64,000 nucleotides of DNA from an uncultured Gammaproteobacteria bacterium (GTDB lineage: Bacteria; Patescibacteriota; Patescibacteriia; Magasanikbacterales; UBA922), in the NCBI GenBank assembly GCA_964597575.1, contig CAZQXB010000002.1, positions 5,624 through 69,623 on the forward strand. The letters are read 5' to 3'. Below the pieces are notes generated by a model. The model did no database searches. It saw nothing but the letters and a program-made list of their open reading frames with translations, and was not told where the DNA came from. Positions 10,801-20,520 of this stretch are shown here, piece by piece (positions within the stretch are counted from its first letter, which is position 1; each line of letters begins with the position of its first letter). The translations under genes and the position numbers were made by a program.

Positions 10801-13800
10801 GGCCAGCGGTGCCTGAGTATCTTCAAAGTTATCATTAATAACGGTTGCAAAGACATTGCGACCTGTGTTTCCTACATACACTCGGCAATTGTTTGCCAAA
10901 GCTGGGCAAGCGCTCGATTGTCCGGCGGTGGTGAGGGCTTGGTACACACAAGCGCCATTTTCTACACGGCCTCCAGCTGCACAACGGCGGCATTCATTTT
11001 CAGCAACATCCCAACTTCCGCCCCGACCTGTACAAGCAGCACTGTTCGTTAAGACAGCATCAACATAGAGCGATGAATCTGTTTTTCGTAAACGTGAACA
11101 TTCTGCCGAGACAGCGATTGTTTCTGACAATAATCGATAGTACACTTCTCCATTCGCATCATAGAGTGCACGACAGTCAATGTCAGCGCGGTTTGGATTC
11201 ACAGGGTCATTAACACCGAGCGTATAGTTTACTTCGTTACACCGGGTTACGGCGTTTTGGAGCGCCTCACCATTATCGTTTGCATACGTTGGGCTACCAA
11301 CCGCAAAAATGGTATTGTAATTCACTCCTTGCACAGTACCTGCAGCAGTAGCCGCGCTTACCATATACGCACTATTCTGAACATCGAGAGCTACAAGAGT
11401 GTGAACCCGAAGCACATACCCTTCTCGATCCGACCCTTCCCATGAATAGTATGTTTGCCCAGGATTTACCTGCGGTCGTTCACAGCGACGAAGGTCGGTG
11501 TAGTATTCACGACCCTCTCCTCCGCGGGCAGCAACATCGATATTCGTAAATTCCGAACACCCGGCAAAGCGCTCCTGACAGCGGTCGCCTGCTGAAGGAA
11601 TAAAATGAAGGGGAAATACGGCCGGGTCAAAGGCGGTGGCTTCCTGACGGAACGTATCGTAACCAACACAAATTTGGTTACAGGTATTTCCACCGACCAT
11701 ACCTGGAATTGCTGGGGCTCCGGCACCACCAAGAGGTCGATATGATTCACACCCAACTTCTTGTGGCGCACACGCCGCAGCAAACTTACCACAGGCATTA
11801 TTCCGGGCAAAAACGGTTTGCGCTTCGGCGCTGGTTCGTGGCCAATTTACTTCCGGTGTTGCAATGTTTGTATCGTAACAACCAAGATAGTCAGGGGCTT
11901 TTTTCAAATATGCAATTTCACTCACGGGCGCTTGAATATATTGCCCGCCTGCTGTTTGTGAAAACTGACCGCTTTCAACGACGCGAAGTGCAGTAAAGAA
12001 CGCATGACAACCTTCGGCGCCTGTAGGGCATGTTTTTTCTGTACCAATTTGGTTTACAAAGAGTGCTTGATTTCGCCCGAGCGTTACTGTTTTCAAGGCA
12101 AGATTCGCCTGAGCTGTAGGAATCCACTGCCCCTGTGCATTTTGTTCGGTACTGAACGCGCGACAACCAACCGTATCTGCGGTACAGGTAGAAAAATCAA
12201 TAGTACGAGTAAGATACGAGTCAACTTCACCAGTGCTATTTCGGTACGTACGACATGTGGCATACTGTGGTGCACACACATCCCCATTCAGCTTCCAAAT
12301 ATTTTTTTCTTTTGTACAGAAACCCTGACCCATACAGCTTCCATCACTATTTGTTGCGATACAGGTTGCAATGTCAGCACACTCTTCTCCGCGTGTCGGA
12401 GATGCCGGAGTAACAAGGTTCGGCCCAACCACCCGTGCAGGGCAGCTCGCCGAGAAAGAACGGAGTACCCAATTTGGATTAATAAGGTGGCAATACGGAA
12501 ACTGAGCACTTGCACGCCCGTCTGGGGCACAGTTCTCAAAGTTATCAACCACCCTCTGGAGCGTCCAGTTTTCTTGCGGGCTATCTGGATCAGCCTTAAG
12601 CGCAGCGATTTCAAAACCAAGCGGCAAAATACGCGCCTTTCGAAGCTTCTGAATGTTTGAATAACAATACGCATTACTATAGCATTCAGAGTCTCTGTTT
12701 CCGTTTCCTCCGGCAACTTCTCGGCGCGGTGAAATAAGTGGCCAATCTCCATGCAAAAGACCAGCATTCATGGCCTCACGAATGGTCATGGGCTTATCGA
12801 GCGTACCTCGCGTAAGTGCCTGGAATAAACTTTGATCCATGACACAGTTATCAAGTTTCGGATTTTTTGGACAAGTGACAAAATTGAGTAACACGTCGTA
12901 ACTTGGAACACTTACCACCTGAGCCGTAAGTAAATCAGAAAGAACCCCAGCCGGCTCACGATTTCGATTCCCTACAGCGAAAAAATTTGGGTCAAATGCG
13001 TTCGGCTGAAAAAGCCCCTGTTCAAATGTCTGATCAAGAAGTGTAGTAACGAACGACCCTAAGAAGGTCTGTACTGCCAAAGGAATGGCCTGTGCCGCAC
13101 CCGACGCAATGGCGCCACCCAATAATTGAAAACCACCGGTCACGAAATTATCGCTTGCAATATTTTTTGTTGCTGCCTGCTCAAAAAACCTCGCTGGAGT
13201 GAGAATCGTATCAGACACTTTATCTTTCAGATCACGAAATCCATTCCCAATCGTACGTTCAAGACCAGCAGACGCAGCAGCGGTCGCACGAATGGCATCA
13301 ACCTGGGCAATTGCCCCAAAAGCCAAACCAAAGTCAGATTGTTTTACGCTGACCGCATCGCTAAACTTCTGCGGAATGAGCTTACTCGCACCCTTTCCAA
13401 ATTTCCGCTCAAACCCTTCAGCGCTCCAGTTATTTCGAAATTCTTGCAATGTACACCGTGGAGTAGGGGAACCTTGACCGTATAAGTCCCCGATACCGAT
13501 TTGCAAGAAAAGCTGTAAACGAATATCAGGAATCTGACACAAATTTAACCCGAACGGCTGTCCAATACTCACAATCGCCTCCCCTACTGCTCCACCTGCC
13601 ACATCCGCAATATAATCCCCGGCTGGCTTTTCAAAAACCAGTGATTTTTTTCCGGCGGCACTTTCACCTAAAAACTTCGCGGTATCGTAGGCTAATTTTT
13701 TCAAAAAATAACTCGCGGTATTGTAGGCGGTACCAATGGCTGCCTGAAGCACCGCTTCGGTCAAGCTAAACTTAGCTTCCTGTCTCCCTTCTGATTCCCA

Positions 13801-13947
13801 CCGGGGATAGTCGAAAGTCGTTACGTTTTGTACAGCAAACTGCGCGTATGCTGGAGTAAGTGGCTGTAAAACCACACCTCCAAGAACCAAAAATAAAAGA
13901 AAAATACCTGCCATCCGCCTCCCCTTACCTAACAAAAACCTAAACAT
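4819..13947 (-). CDS. giant (3042 aa) secreted Cys-rich surface protein
   Basis: Uninterrupted 9.1-kb ORF. Sec signal peptide (KGRR n-region, hydrophobic core, AYA-QF cleavage site). Hundreds of Cys in recurring C-x-C / C-x-x-C spacings, and Gly/Asn/Thr-rich beta-type repeats. No catalytic motifs recognised. Alternative start at 13914 has a GGAGG RBS. Confidence 0.8.
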   Translation of the reverse strand: MFRFLLGKGRRMAGIFLLFLVLGGVVLQPLTPAYAQFAVQNVTTFDYPRWESEGRQEAKFSLTEAVLQAAIGTAYNTASYFLKKLAYDTAKFLGESAAGKKSLVFEKPAGDYIADVAGGAVGEAIVSIGQPFGLNLCQIPDIRLQLFLQIGIGDLYGQGSPTPRCTLQEFRNNWSAEGFERKFGKGASKLIPQKFSDAVSVKQSDFGLAFGAIAQVDAIRATAAASAGLERTIGNGFRDLKDKVSDTILTPARFFEQAATKNIASDNFVTGGFQLLGGAIASGAAQAIPLAVQTFLGSFVTTLLDQTFEQGLFQPNAFDPNFFAVGNRNREPAGVLSDLLTAQVVSVPSYDVLLNFVTCPKNPKLDNCVMDQSLFQALTRGTLDKPMTIREAMNAGLLHGDWPLISPRREVAGGNGNRDSECYSNAYCYSNIQKLRKARILPLGFEIAALKADPDSPQENWTLQRVVDNFENCAPDGRASAQFPYCHLINPNWVLRSFSASCPARVVGPNLVTPASPTRGEECADIATCIATNSDGSCMGQGFCTKEKNIWKLNGDVCAPQYATCRTYRNSTGEVDSYLTRTIDFSTCTADTVGCRAFSTEQNAQGQWIPTAQANLALKTVTLGRNQALFVNQIGTEKTCPTGAEGCHAFFTALRVVESGQFSQTAGGQYIQAPVSEIAYLKKAPDYLGCYDTNIATPEVNWPRTSAEAQTVFARNNACGKFAAACAPQEVGCESYRPLGGAGAPAIPGMVGGNTCNQICVGYDTFRQEATAFDPAVFPLHFIPSAGDRCQERFAGCSEFTNIDVAARGGEGREYYTDLRRCERPQVNPGQTYYSWEGSDREGYVLRVHTLVALDVQNSAYMVSAATAAGTVQGVNYNTIFAVGSPTYANDNGEALQNAVTRCNEVNYTLGVNDPVNPNRADIDCRALYDANGEVYYRLLSETIAVSAECSRLRKTDSSLYVDAVLTNSAACTGRGGSWDVAENECRRCAAGGRVENGACVYQALTTAGQSSACPALANNCRVYVGNTGRNVFATVINDNFEDTQAPLALGWAPVQNNAALRLAGEAVIVGEHSLGIPAAAARVARTVPQAQVQVGKTFTLTFWGRADGLQNLEIYFTQNGSRVNANGVEFGAFTEPTALAGITGGWQEFTFGPVSLDGVDPAEPLAIEFVRSGNARDYFLDYVRLIELRDRTPLIRNSWRVAGGGDVPTQCDSTPTDIFPGEALGCRAYTDSKNRVVYATGFETICREAAVGCEPVWDTQNTLGAAPASTFAQAFNVWCSAPGSANCTARVANVDYECTVPRGQEGCYINEAIIIPTGTVFPVGPLRVVNTSVVIPADTAVAAPLFLTNRKDVTCRSTELGCQKVAMETQVLPRADAAAFTFNEVYLLNNPANYVTAPGESAGILCQAEQIGCAEFRSDNTVSYFRDPEFTGAGVCEYLEGQSVGQTRVNGWFLRGMGRCSQDATMVCRTNNNSDCGAGNTCVASAVACDATFLRRTSSGVVYDVRSNDSPEYTGRVAVCAAEAHLCTEFIDPVDVSGAYPNGRPYYVKNNDKIRARAQACATGASQVDGCILFDQTDNPRKTYSTDATYRASALASPEFSPVSPRSAGSVTDNDANIVLKVDRDRVCAEWLACKGKVIQEDEQGRQSELCYDYKACDQMGAGGVCTHWVGELAPEASRQLTEDLYIQRGLGWNDPEYSGYSLFNQYQIGNQSYIVLDLSADKVAINPQSPDAAADLRRLERLEERAYAVYLQRSANSACAPVGNERTDWRVCGSGGLGRCYSGQCIRPVKGTFPSDRTIPSGNISPREIESLVSVLEAASCKAYPEATSPYPQSVLKQETTARNILGALGISAPRVEFISKLNEFAGANVCQTGEDCSCKYVKVTYRNGVVDYWPYLYESANAAAPIPTRVCATGPNQGRPCSAIEQCNVATPNQPQTNQTPHECIPIQKRDTYYGFEGFCLERDLSRPVNGINSPTEYACLTWLPIGVSASTFDIFNADDEAGYKPDIDALLLRNTPQIAGQAYCVNSTRLGVGLQAPDISPPVGGGTDNAIRTVADGNTVYDQVFPAGQDPTNGGDCSTDTEFERIMCNSVDQGYIYSAIQSWAWRRFGPSALLLRTEMSSLNGSNDPNTYDTVRASDLQVYTPSVFANNVHDDLVLSNQTDAEVAAFGTLLHPPRQFGVTPPGDTTNVFMYRDRMNNFSVNTSYLGVPDPAPNPNTPDGQYNLGMTPDRLDTFNQSNSQLERSIQSGHFRVMQRAETAFMRSSDLSRVTFVPLAFPGGLEGYAPQILNDGFFLDVAALRSRAHNDPIITSGRQTSFGGAGSQGDYYAEPAGGGNNGVVVNVRYVRPEAEGAEFDSLDYTDLTGGSGWLFNQYNQECGTTSVRPQFEEWCRRNRIQERYVSIFFVDRGQGNTSGGGSRFPSFVLNQELDTSVSSFAGRNQAPISDPFSDSVLCKTDSNADGDGDTENWVAIGMDFNEDGEFLGFVSRWCNESVLQATDVSDGIYFATIAQMADQCTAVAQVHDSSAPLTEQLNKAWTNRVWQYATNAVSSVSNAIRSMTHPSFGSVFTKDGMRNSPFGSLRITNFGTSDEQAEILRRYGFQSGMHGEDLVDGVPYACSGASWFGSLYLTGNTAHPCSTLESRALVSPLIPAQVAVLGQNQTAGENALSRLFALTFDTFSLENASVRPNVQTSRTTIDPLVQAVDRSGVSNPVPEIGTLVAPQIYSLNPANCPGGGTVGEQSRSKCGLGEPNNMTINGQNSTMRNYDRSQDGSSDEDLDRSGAPDPRGLIGIGNLQVNMKFFAAADDNKMPIRQVRVNWGDNSPIVNENQTGLYKNRKPYCSSADNAIVTIGLCGTTATDLSLFTCRTHADCPTTDPRNAQTNYRCYGPAANTDQDRSDSYQFARFGNSPRACLARPFNFVKDYTCTVEDVNPNSPAAFTVRVGDIQNPDARVRLSAEYGLGENERVCVFRPRVQVKDNWGWCNGVENGVQSVQGFHDGSDTQSIVDDICDDLSDNNPRNVWTRYQGEIIVIPLRPSQE

Positions 13948-13959
13948 ACAGAAAAATGG

Positions 13960-14631
13960 CTAGTTATTTTGTGCACCAGGCGGTGCCTCTGCGGCAACAT
14001 TGACTAATGCTTTCGCCTGTAAAAGGAGTGCCTCATCGCTGATTGCAGATAGCTGCTCAGGGGTAATTTTTCCAGTCGACAAGAGCATCGCTCGAAGCTG
14101 AGCGGGATTGCTTAAAAGAACGGAAAGATCGGCATTTGCATCACCCGAGAGAGTTGACCCTGCTCCCACTCCGCTTAAAAATTCAGAGCCATTCGGAACA
14201 GCAGCAAACTGAGAGCCTGGGGTAGTCGTACTTCCTGGTGGAAGCGTATCAGGAGTGGCAGTGCAGGTTTGACCTTGCGGACAGGTAGGATCGCTCCCTA
14301 CAGACAATTCATCCTTATCACTTGATCCGTCGGAATCGGTATCAGGTAAGTACGGACTTGTGCTATAAAAATTAAGCTCTTCGTAATCGTTTAAGCCGTC
14401 GCGGTCAGTATCAAGTTGTTGAAGTTTTGTTTCTTCGTTAGCAAATAAGGCCGAGAGATCATTTTCCGTTGGGTCAAAACGCACGACAAAGGGAGAGTAA
14501 ATCGTATTGCGCAACTGGACAGCCCCAAGCACAACCACCAAAACAGCAAAAAACAGGAGTAAAACAAAGCCTGTCTTCTGCTCCCGAGAAAGTTGTTGAA
14601 TGCGTTCGCCTGTAAACATACGGCCATTCAT
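13960..14631 (-). CDS. membrane-anchored protein with thrombospondin type-3-like Ca-binding repeats (DTDRDGLNDYEE, DTDSDGSSDKDE)
   Basis: N-terminal TM segment, DxDxDG repeats, Thr/Pro/Gly-rich linker. Immediately upstream of the giant gene and co-oriented with it. Confidence 0.6.
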   Translation of the reverse strand: MNGRMFTGERIQQLSREQKTGFVLLLFFAVLVVVLGAVQLRNTIYSPFVVRFDPTENDLSALFANEETKLQQLDTDRDGLNDYEELNFYSTSPYLPDTDSDGSSDKDELSVGSDPTCPQGQTCTATPDTLPPGSTTTPGSQFAAVPNGSEFLSGVGAGSTLSGDANADLSVLLSNPAQLRAMLLSTGKITPEQLSAISDEALLLQAKALVNVAAEAPPGAQNN

Positions 14632-14670
14632 GGCCTTAAGTATACCAAAATAGGTCGAAAAAACAATAAT

Positions 14671-15519
14671 TTACTTGGGCTTTTGGGTGGATAAGTATGA
14701 AGAAAGCTCGTGCGCAATTTTTGTCCACTCTAAAACCGAGAGTGATTCCGCTCGAACATCGGGCCGGATACCGAGCGACTGAAGTATTGACTCCACTACT
14801 TCGGCAGACACATGGAGCCCACCCGCCACATTATTGACCAACTTTTTTCGCTTATGAGAAAAACCTGCCCGTGCCACAAGAAAAAAAAGCTCAGCTTCTG
14901 ATTTCTTTTTTGGTTGAAGCACAATCGAAACGACCGCAGAATCCACTTTAGGGCTCGGCCAAAAAGAACCCTTCGATACATTCATCACTTTTTTTACCTC
15001 TCCATAATATTGAACCCCAAGCGAAAGAAGGCTCATCTCCCCGGGTTTTGCCACCAATCGCTCGGCCACCTCCTTTTGCACCATAACCACAATGTGGGTT
15101 GGTGCTGGATCTGTTTCAACGAACAACCGAATAAGTTCCGAAGTAATATGGTACGGAACATTGGCGACCACTTTATATGGTCGGTCCTGAGGAAAGGGAT
15201 GTGTTTGCGAGGAGGTAAGGACATTTCCCCAAACAACATGCACATTCGGATACTTTTTTATCTGATCATTCCAATACCCCTCTAACGTTTTTTCTATTTC
15301 AAAAGCCGTCACTTCTTTCGCAATTTTGGCAAGTGCCAAGGTAAGAACCCCAAACCCTGGCCCCACCTCAATGACCGTATCCCCAGGCTGAATTTCTGCG
15401 GCCTTAATCATGGCCTCTATGGGGGCATCGTGAATAAGATAATTCTGGCCATAGGCTTTTGAAGGCAATAGTCCGTATTCCGCACAAAGGCGTTTAATGT
15501 CACTCGGGGTTAAAGCCAT
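14671..15519 (-). CDS. rsmA: 16S rRNA (adenine1518/1519-N6)-dimethyltransferase RsmA/KsgA
   Basis: YGQNYL, EVGPGFGVLT (SAM-binding) and ANVPYHITSE motifs. Length is typical (282 aa). Confidence 0.9.
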   Translation of the reverse strand: MALTPSDIKRLCAEYGLLPSKAYGQNYLIHDAPIEAMIKAAEIQPGDTVIEVGPGFGVLTLALAKIAKEVTAFEIEKTLEGYWNDQIKKYPNVHVVWGNVLTSSQTHPFPQDRPYKVVANVPYHITSELIRLFVETDPAPTHIVVMVQKEVAERLVAKPGEMSLLSLGVQYYGEVKKVMNVSKGSFWPSPKVDSAVVSIVLQPKKKSEAELFFLVARAGFSHKRKKLVNNVAGGLHVSAEVVESILQSLGIRPDVRAESLSVLEWTKIAHELSSYLSTQKPK

Positions 15520-15524
15520 ACCAA

Positions 15525-16709
15525 TTATCGAAGATTACTGACGGTTTTTTCTTCCTCCACCACATCCTTCTTTAACCCCGCGTCAGTATACCGATTCGCA
15601 GCGTTCCAAAGAAGCCAACCTGCGTTTGGATACTTTTCGACCATATCAATTTGCGCACGAATGTTCGCGGCTCCGTAGGTTGCCCCGAGGTTAAACGCTT
15701 GAAGCCAAGGGCGAACAGCAGCTCGCTTATCGACAAAATACGGTACACCTTTTTTCATTCCATTATCAATGACAATGCCAGGGCTGGCAGCTGGGTTCAA
15801 TAACCCAAGATGCCCCGATGGATAATGCGACGGATACATCATCGGAGAAATAAAATCAACATGGTCTACAGCATCTTCCAATCGCTGCCCAATCGACATA
15901 CCGTCGTGGCGCTCCATCACAAACCCAAATAAATCAAGAGAAATATAGGCCCCTTCACTCGCAAGCGACTCACCTAAAAATGTATAGAACTCCCGCATAG
16001 TATCGTAACGAGGTTTATCTGGTTCAGAATAGACAACAAGTGACATGTTTCCGTCGGACGGAAATCGCACGTAGTCAAAATTAATCTCATCAAACCCGAG
16101 TGCAACAGATTCTTTGGCTAGTGCAACATTGTATTCCCAGACCTCTTTTTTGGTTGGATCAACCCACGACAACCCTTTATGATCACGCCAAACTCCCCCG
16201 GCTTTACTCTTCATTGCCCACTCTGGCTTTTTTTGAGCAAGGAGTGGATCTTGAAAAACAGTCTGGCGGGCAATGACATAAATTTCCTCATCATGCAGCC
16301 GATCGATAAGTGCTTTTACATCCCCAATACGGTTGTCAGCCGCCCCAATGGATTGCGCAAGTGGAACCTCAGTCGCATAAAGTACCTTTCCGCTGTAATC
16401 TTTCGTATCGATAACCACCGCATTTAATTCTGTTCTTTTAATCAAAGCAATAATTTCATCCATTTTTTTCTTGTTCCCTGCTGAGTACGCTGTAATATAC
16501 ACCCCTTTTACCCCTTCTTCCGGCAAAGGCGGAGGTGACTCAAATACAAAACGTGGAATGTTTGTCGGTGTAGGCTCGAGGACCGCGGCAACGGTTTCAT
16601 CAATATATCTATTTGTCCCGATCCACTGCACACAAAGCGTGAGGGCTGCGAGGACACCGATCGCGATAGCTATAAACTGATGGCGGGGGTGGTGAGTGTG
16701 GAGCGTCAT
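15525..16709 (-). CDS. membrane-anchored putative glycoside hydrolase (GHL10/DUF4015-like TIM barrel)
   Basis: N-terminal TM helix. GVYITAYSAG...ELNAVVIDTKDYSGKVLY and DEINFDYVRFP segments resemble YngK-like putative glycosidases. Confidence 0.4.
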   Translation of the reverse strand: MTLHTHHPRHQFIAIAIGVLAALTLCVQWIGTNRYIDETVAAVLEPTPTNIPRFVFESPPPLPEEGVKGVYITAYSAGNKKKMDEIIALIKRTELNAVVIDTKDYSGKVLYATEVPLAQSIGAADNRIGDVKALIDRLHDEEIYVIARQTVFQDPLLAQKKPEWAMKSKAGGVWRDHKGLSWVDPTKKEVWEYNVALAKESVALGFDEINFDYVRFPSDGNMSLVVYSEPDKPRYDTMREFYTFLGESLASEGAYISLDLFGFVMERHDGMSIGQRLEDAVDHVDFISPMMYPSHYPSGHLGLLNPAASPGIVIDNGMKKGVPYFVDKRAAVRPWLQAFNLGATYGAANIRAQIDMVEKYPNAGWLLWNAANRYTDAGLKKDVVEEEKTVSNLR

Positions 16710-16715
16710 AAAAAA

Positions 16716-17822
16716 TTACAAAGAAGATTTTTTATATCGAAGGTAGGCCTCCATAAATGGTTCGAGTTCTCCCTCAAGAACCGCTTCTGGATCGGTCGAT
16801 TCGTACTTGGTTCGAACATCTTTTACGAGTTTATACGGCTGAAGTACATACGAGCGAATCTGATTACCCCATTCGGCACTTTTATACTCACCTCGAAGAG
16901 ACTGGCGTTCCTTGGCCTCTGCCTCTTCTTTCAAGCGCACTAATTTTGCCTGCAGAACACGAAGCGCTGTTTCTTTATTTTGAAGCTGTGATCGTTCATT
17001 TTGACACTGTACCGTGAGTCCAGTCGGAATGTGAACAATGCGCACCGCTGAATAGGTAGTGTTCACACTCTGCCCCCCCTTCCCTCCTGCCATGAAGGTG
17101 TCAATGCGCAGATCATTGGGATTAATTTCAATTGCGGCCGACTCGTCAATTTCAGGCAACACATCAATACCTGCAAACGACGTATGACGCATTTTTTCTG
17201 CATCAAACGGAGAAATGCGCACGAGCCGATGCGTTCCATGTTCTGACTGCAAATATCCGTAAGCATAGCGCCCTTCAATGCGAATAACCGACGACTTAAT
17301 ACCTGCAGGCTCACCTCGTGATTCATCTAAAAGAGTTACGGCCCAGCCTCGCTTCTCAGCAAAACGCATAATCATCCGCCGAAGCATTGCGGCCCAGTCT
17401 TGTGCTTCAGTACCACCGGACCCCGCATGAAACGATACGATAGCATTATTTTTGTCATGAGGAGCATCTAAAAAGACTTGAAGTTCTTTTTTCGCGAATG
17501 TTTCCGAGAGTACGGCAGTTTGTTTTACGATATCTTCACCCAAAGCCTCATTCGCTTCACCGTCGACTGATTCAGACATTTCAAGCAGATCATCCACATT
17601 TTTTTGAAGCTCATCCCAGGACGCAAGGTTTTCCCGAATCTCTTCATGCCGCTTGGAAATCTGAGCAGCTTTTTCTGGTTCACGCCAAAAATCAGGAGAC
17701 TGCATCTGTGTCTCTAATTTCGAAAGGGCCTCTCGTTCTTCGGTAAGTCGAAGCAGAGTTACCGTTTCTTGAAGGCGTTTTTTGAGTTCCAAAATCGTGT
17801 CTGTGCGGAGGGACATATGCAT
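16716..17822 (-). CDS. prfB: peptide chain release factor 2
   Basis: GGQ motif (GGKGGQSVNTT) and the RF2-specific SPF motif (RISPFD). The ORF is continuous; no programmed +1 frameshift site. Confidence 0.9.
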   Translation of the reverse strand: MHMSLRTDTILELKKRLQETVTLLRLTEEREALSKLETQMQSPDFWREPEKAAQISKRHEEIRENLASWDELQKNVDDLLEMSESVDGEANEALGEDIVKQTAVLSETFAKKELQVFLDAPHDKNNAIVSFHAGSGGTEAQDWAAMLRRMIMRFAEKRGWAVTLLDESRGEPAGIKSSVIRIEGRYAYGYLQSEHGTHRLVRISPFDAEKMRHTSFAGIDVLPEIDESAAIEINPNDLRIDTFMAGGKGGQSVNTTYSAVRIVHIPTGLTVQCQNERSQLQNKETALRVLQAKLVRLKEEAEAKERQSLRGEYKSAEWGNQIRSYVLQPYKLVKDVRTKYESTDPEAVLEGELEPFMEAYLRYKKSSL

Positions 17823-17887
17823 CTATGCTACTGAAAGACACGTGAAATTACAATGGTTTCGAGCCGCAACCCACCCCAAATACCGAG

Positions 17888-18331
17888 TTATTTCTTTATT
17901 TCTTTCCCTTGACCTTTTATCATCGGTTCAGCATAGGTCGTATCAAATTCAAAACCAGCAAAACTGGTTAAACCGACAATAAGAAGACTTGATACCAAAA
18001 ACTGCCACGAGGTGTAGAGACTAAGTAATGTTCCATACGCTTCACTAGCACTTTGCATAAATGCCGGAATAAAAGTGAGAAGGTCAAGAACAAAAGAAAT
18101 GACGAGACTAAATACCCCTAAGGCGAGCCCACCGGTAAACGTGGCTTCACTTTTCCGAAAATACCATTTTGCAAGACCAAGTGTGAGAGGGATGAGAAAA
18201 ATCCAATATACGAGCGACCGCTTCACATCTCCCCCTACCGAGACAATCGGAGCCAAGGTGGTGAGTGTATAGAGCGCAACAGAAGTCGCCCACAAGAAAA
18301 CTCCAAACAGAACTGCGCGACGATAATTCAT
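17888..18331 (-). CDS. hypothetical small membrane protein (4 TM)
   Basis: 147-aa ORF with four hydrophobic helices. Confidence 0.5.
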   Translation of the reverse strand: MNYRRAVLFGVFLWATSVALYTLTTLAPIVSVGGDVKRSLVYWIFLIPLTLGLAKWYFRKSEATFTGGLALGVFSLVISFVLDLLTFIPAFMQSASEAYGTLLSLYTSWQFLVSSLLIVGLTSFAGFEFDTTYAEPMIKGQGKEIKK

Positions 18332-18385
18332 ACAGAAAAATAAAAAGTAAGGATAGTATACGCTAAAAACATTCGTTTCAGCAAC

Positions 18386-18414
18386 AAAAATCCTCCGTTT
18401 CTGGAGGATTTTTG
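18386..18414 (-). terminator. rho-independent terminator after groEL
   Basis: Stem ATCCTCC/GGAGGAT with a 7-nt loop and a T-run on the minus strand, just past the groEL stop. Confidence 0.65.
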
Positions 18415-18436
18415 CGTATATCTAAAAGAGATACTC

Positions 18437-20077
<1,641 letters not shown>

Positions 20078-20081
20078 TCAA

Positions 20082-20372
20082 TTACTGAATAATGGCTAAA
20101 ATATCTTCCATTTTAATTATCTTGTATTCTGTGCCGTCAATTTTTACTTCATCCCCTCCCCACTTTTTAAAAAGAATTTTTTGCCCCACACTTACTTCCA
20201 TTGCCCCACGGCTCCCATTTTCAAGTAATTTTCCCGGGCCAATAGCCACCACTTCGCCCTCTTCTTTTTTTTCTTTATCAATAGTATCTGGCAACACAAT
20301 TCCTGAAGCAGTCATCTTTTCTTCTTCAAGAATCTTGACCACCACATGATCTCCCAAAGGACGGATATTCAT
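20082..20372 (-). CDS. groES: co-chaperonin GroES
   Basis: MNIRPLGDHVVVK...GEVVAIGPG...KIIKMEDILAII. Start placed at the MNIRPL ATG (20370-20372) because the CIRCE-like operator and promoter lie just upstream. The longest ORF would start at 20405. Confidence 0.9.
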   Translation of the reverse strand: MNIRPLGDHVVVKILEEEKMTASGIVLPDTIDKEKKEEGEVVAIGPGKLLENGSRGAMEVSVGQKILFKKWGGDEVKIDGTEYKIIKMEDILAIIQ

Positions 20373-20394
20373 AAAGAATAAAATTAGAATGGAA

Positions 20395-20421
20395 TTATCA
20401 CTCACTTTGTATGAGTGATAA
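20395..20421 (-). promoter_or_regulatory. CIRCE-like inverted repeat (candidate HrcA operator), variant half-sites TTATCACTC-N9-GAGTGATAA
   Basis: Perfect 9-bp inverted repeat with a 9-nt spacer matching the CIRCE consensus TTAGCACTC-N9-GAGTGCTAA at 8/9 per arm with compensatory changes. Lies between the promoter and the groES start. Confidence 0.55.
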
Positions 20422-20432
20422 TTTGTATACTC

Positions 20433-20460
20433 ATTGTACCGTTTTTTTAAATGGTGTCAA
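20433..20460 (-). promoter_or_regulatory. sigma-70 promoter of groES-groEL (TTGACA-N16-TACAAT)
   Basis: On the minus strand: TTGACA at 20455-20460, TACAAT at 20433-20438. Confidence 0.6.
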
Positions 20461-20520
20461 GGGAGGGAAATCCACATGTGCCCCGGCTCAAAAAATACAC
20501 GAAAAAATAAAAAACCCAGA

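Noticed and set aside
12004-12660. 218-aa plus-strand ORF inside the giant gene
   Set aside because: It is antisense to a 9.1-kb continuous ORF with a signal peptide. The translation is Cys/Arg-rich nonsense.
16716-17822. Programmed +1 frameshift in prfB
   Set aside because: The RF2 ORF is continuous from Met1 through the GGQ and SPF motifs. No CTT-TGA-C shift site with an upstream SD-like element is present.
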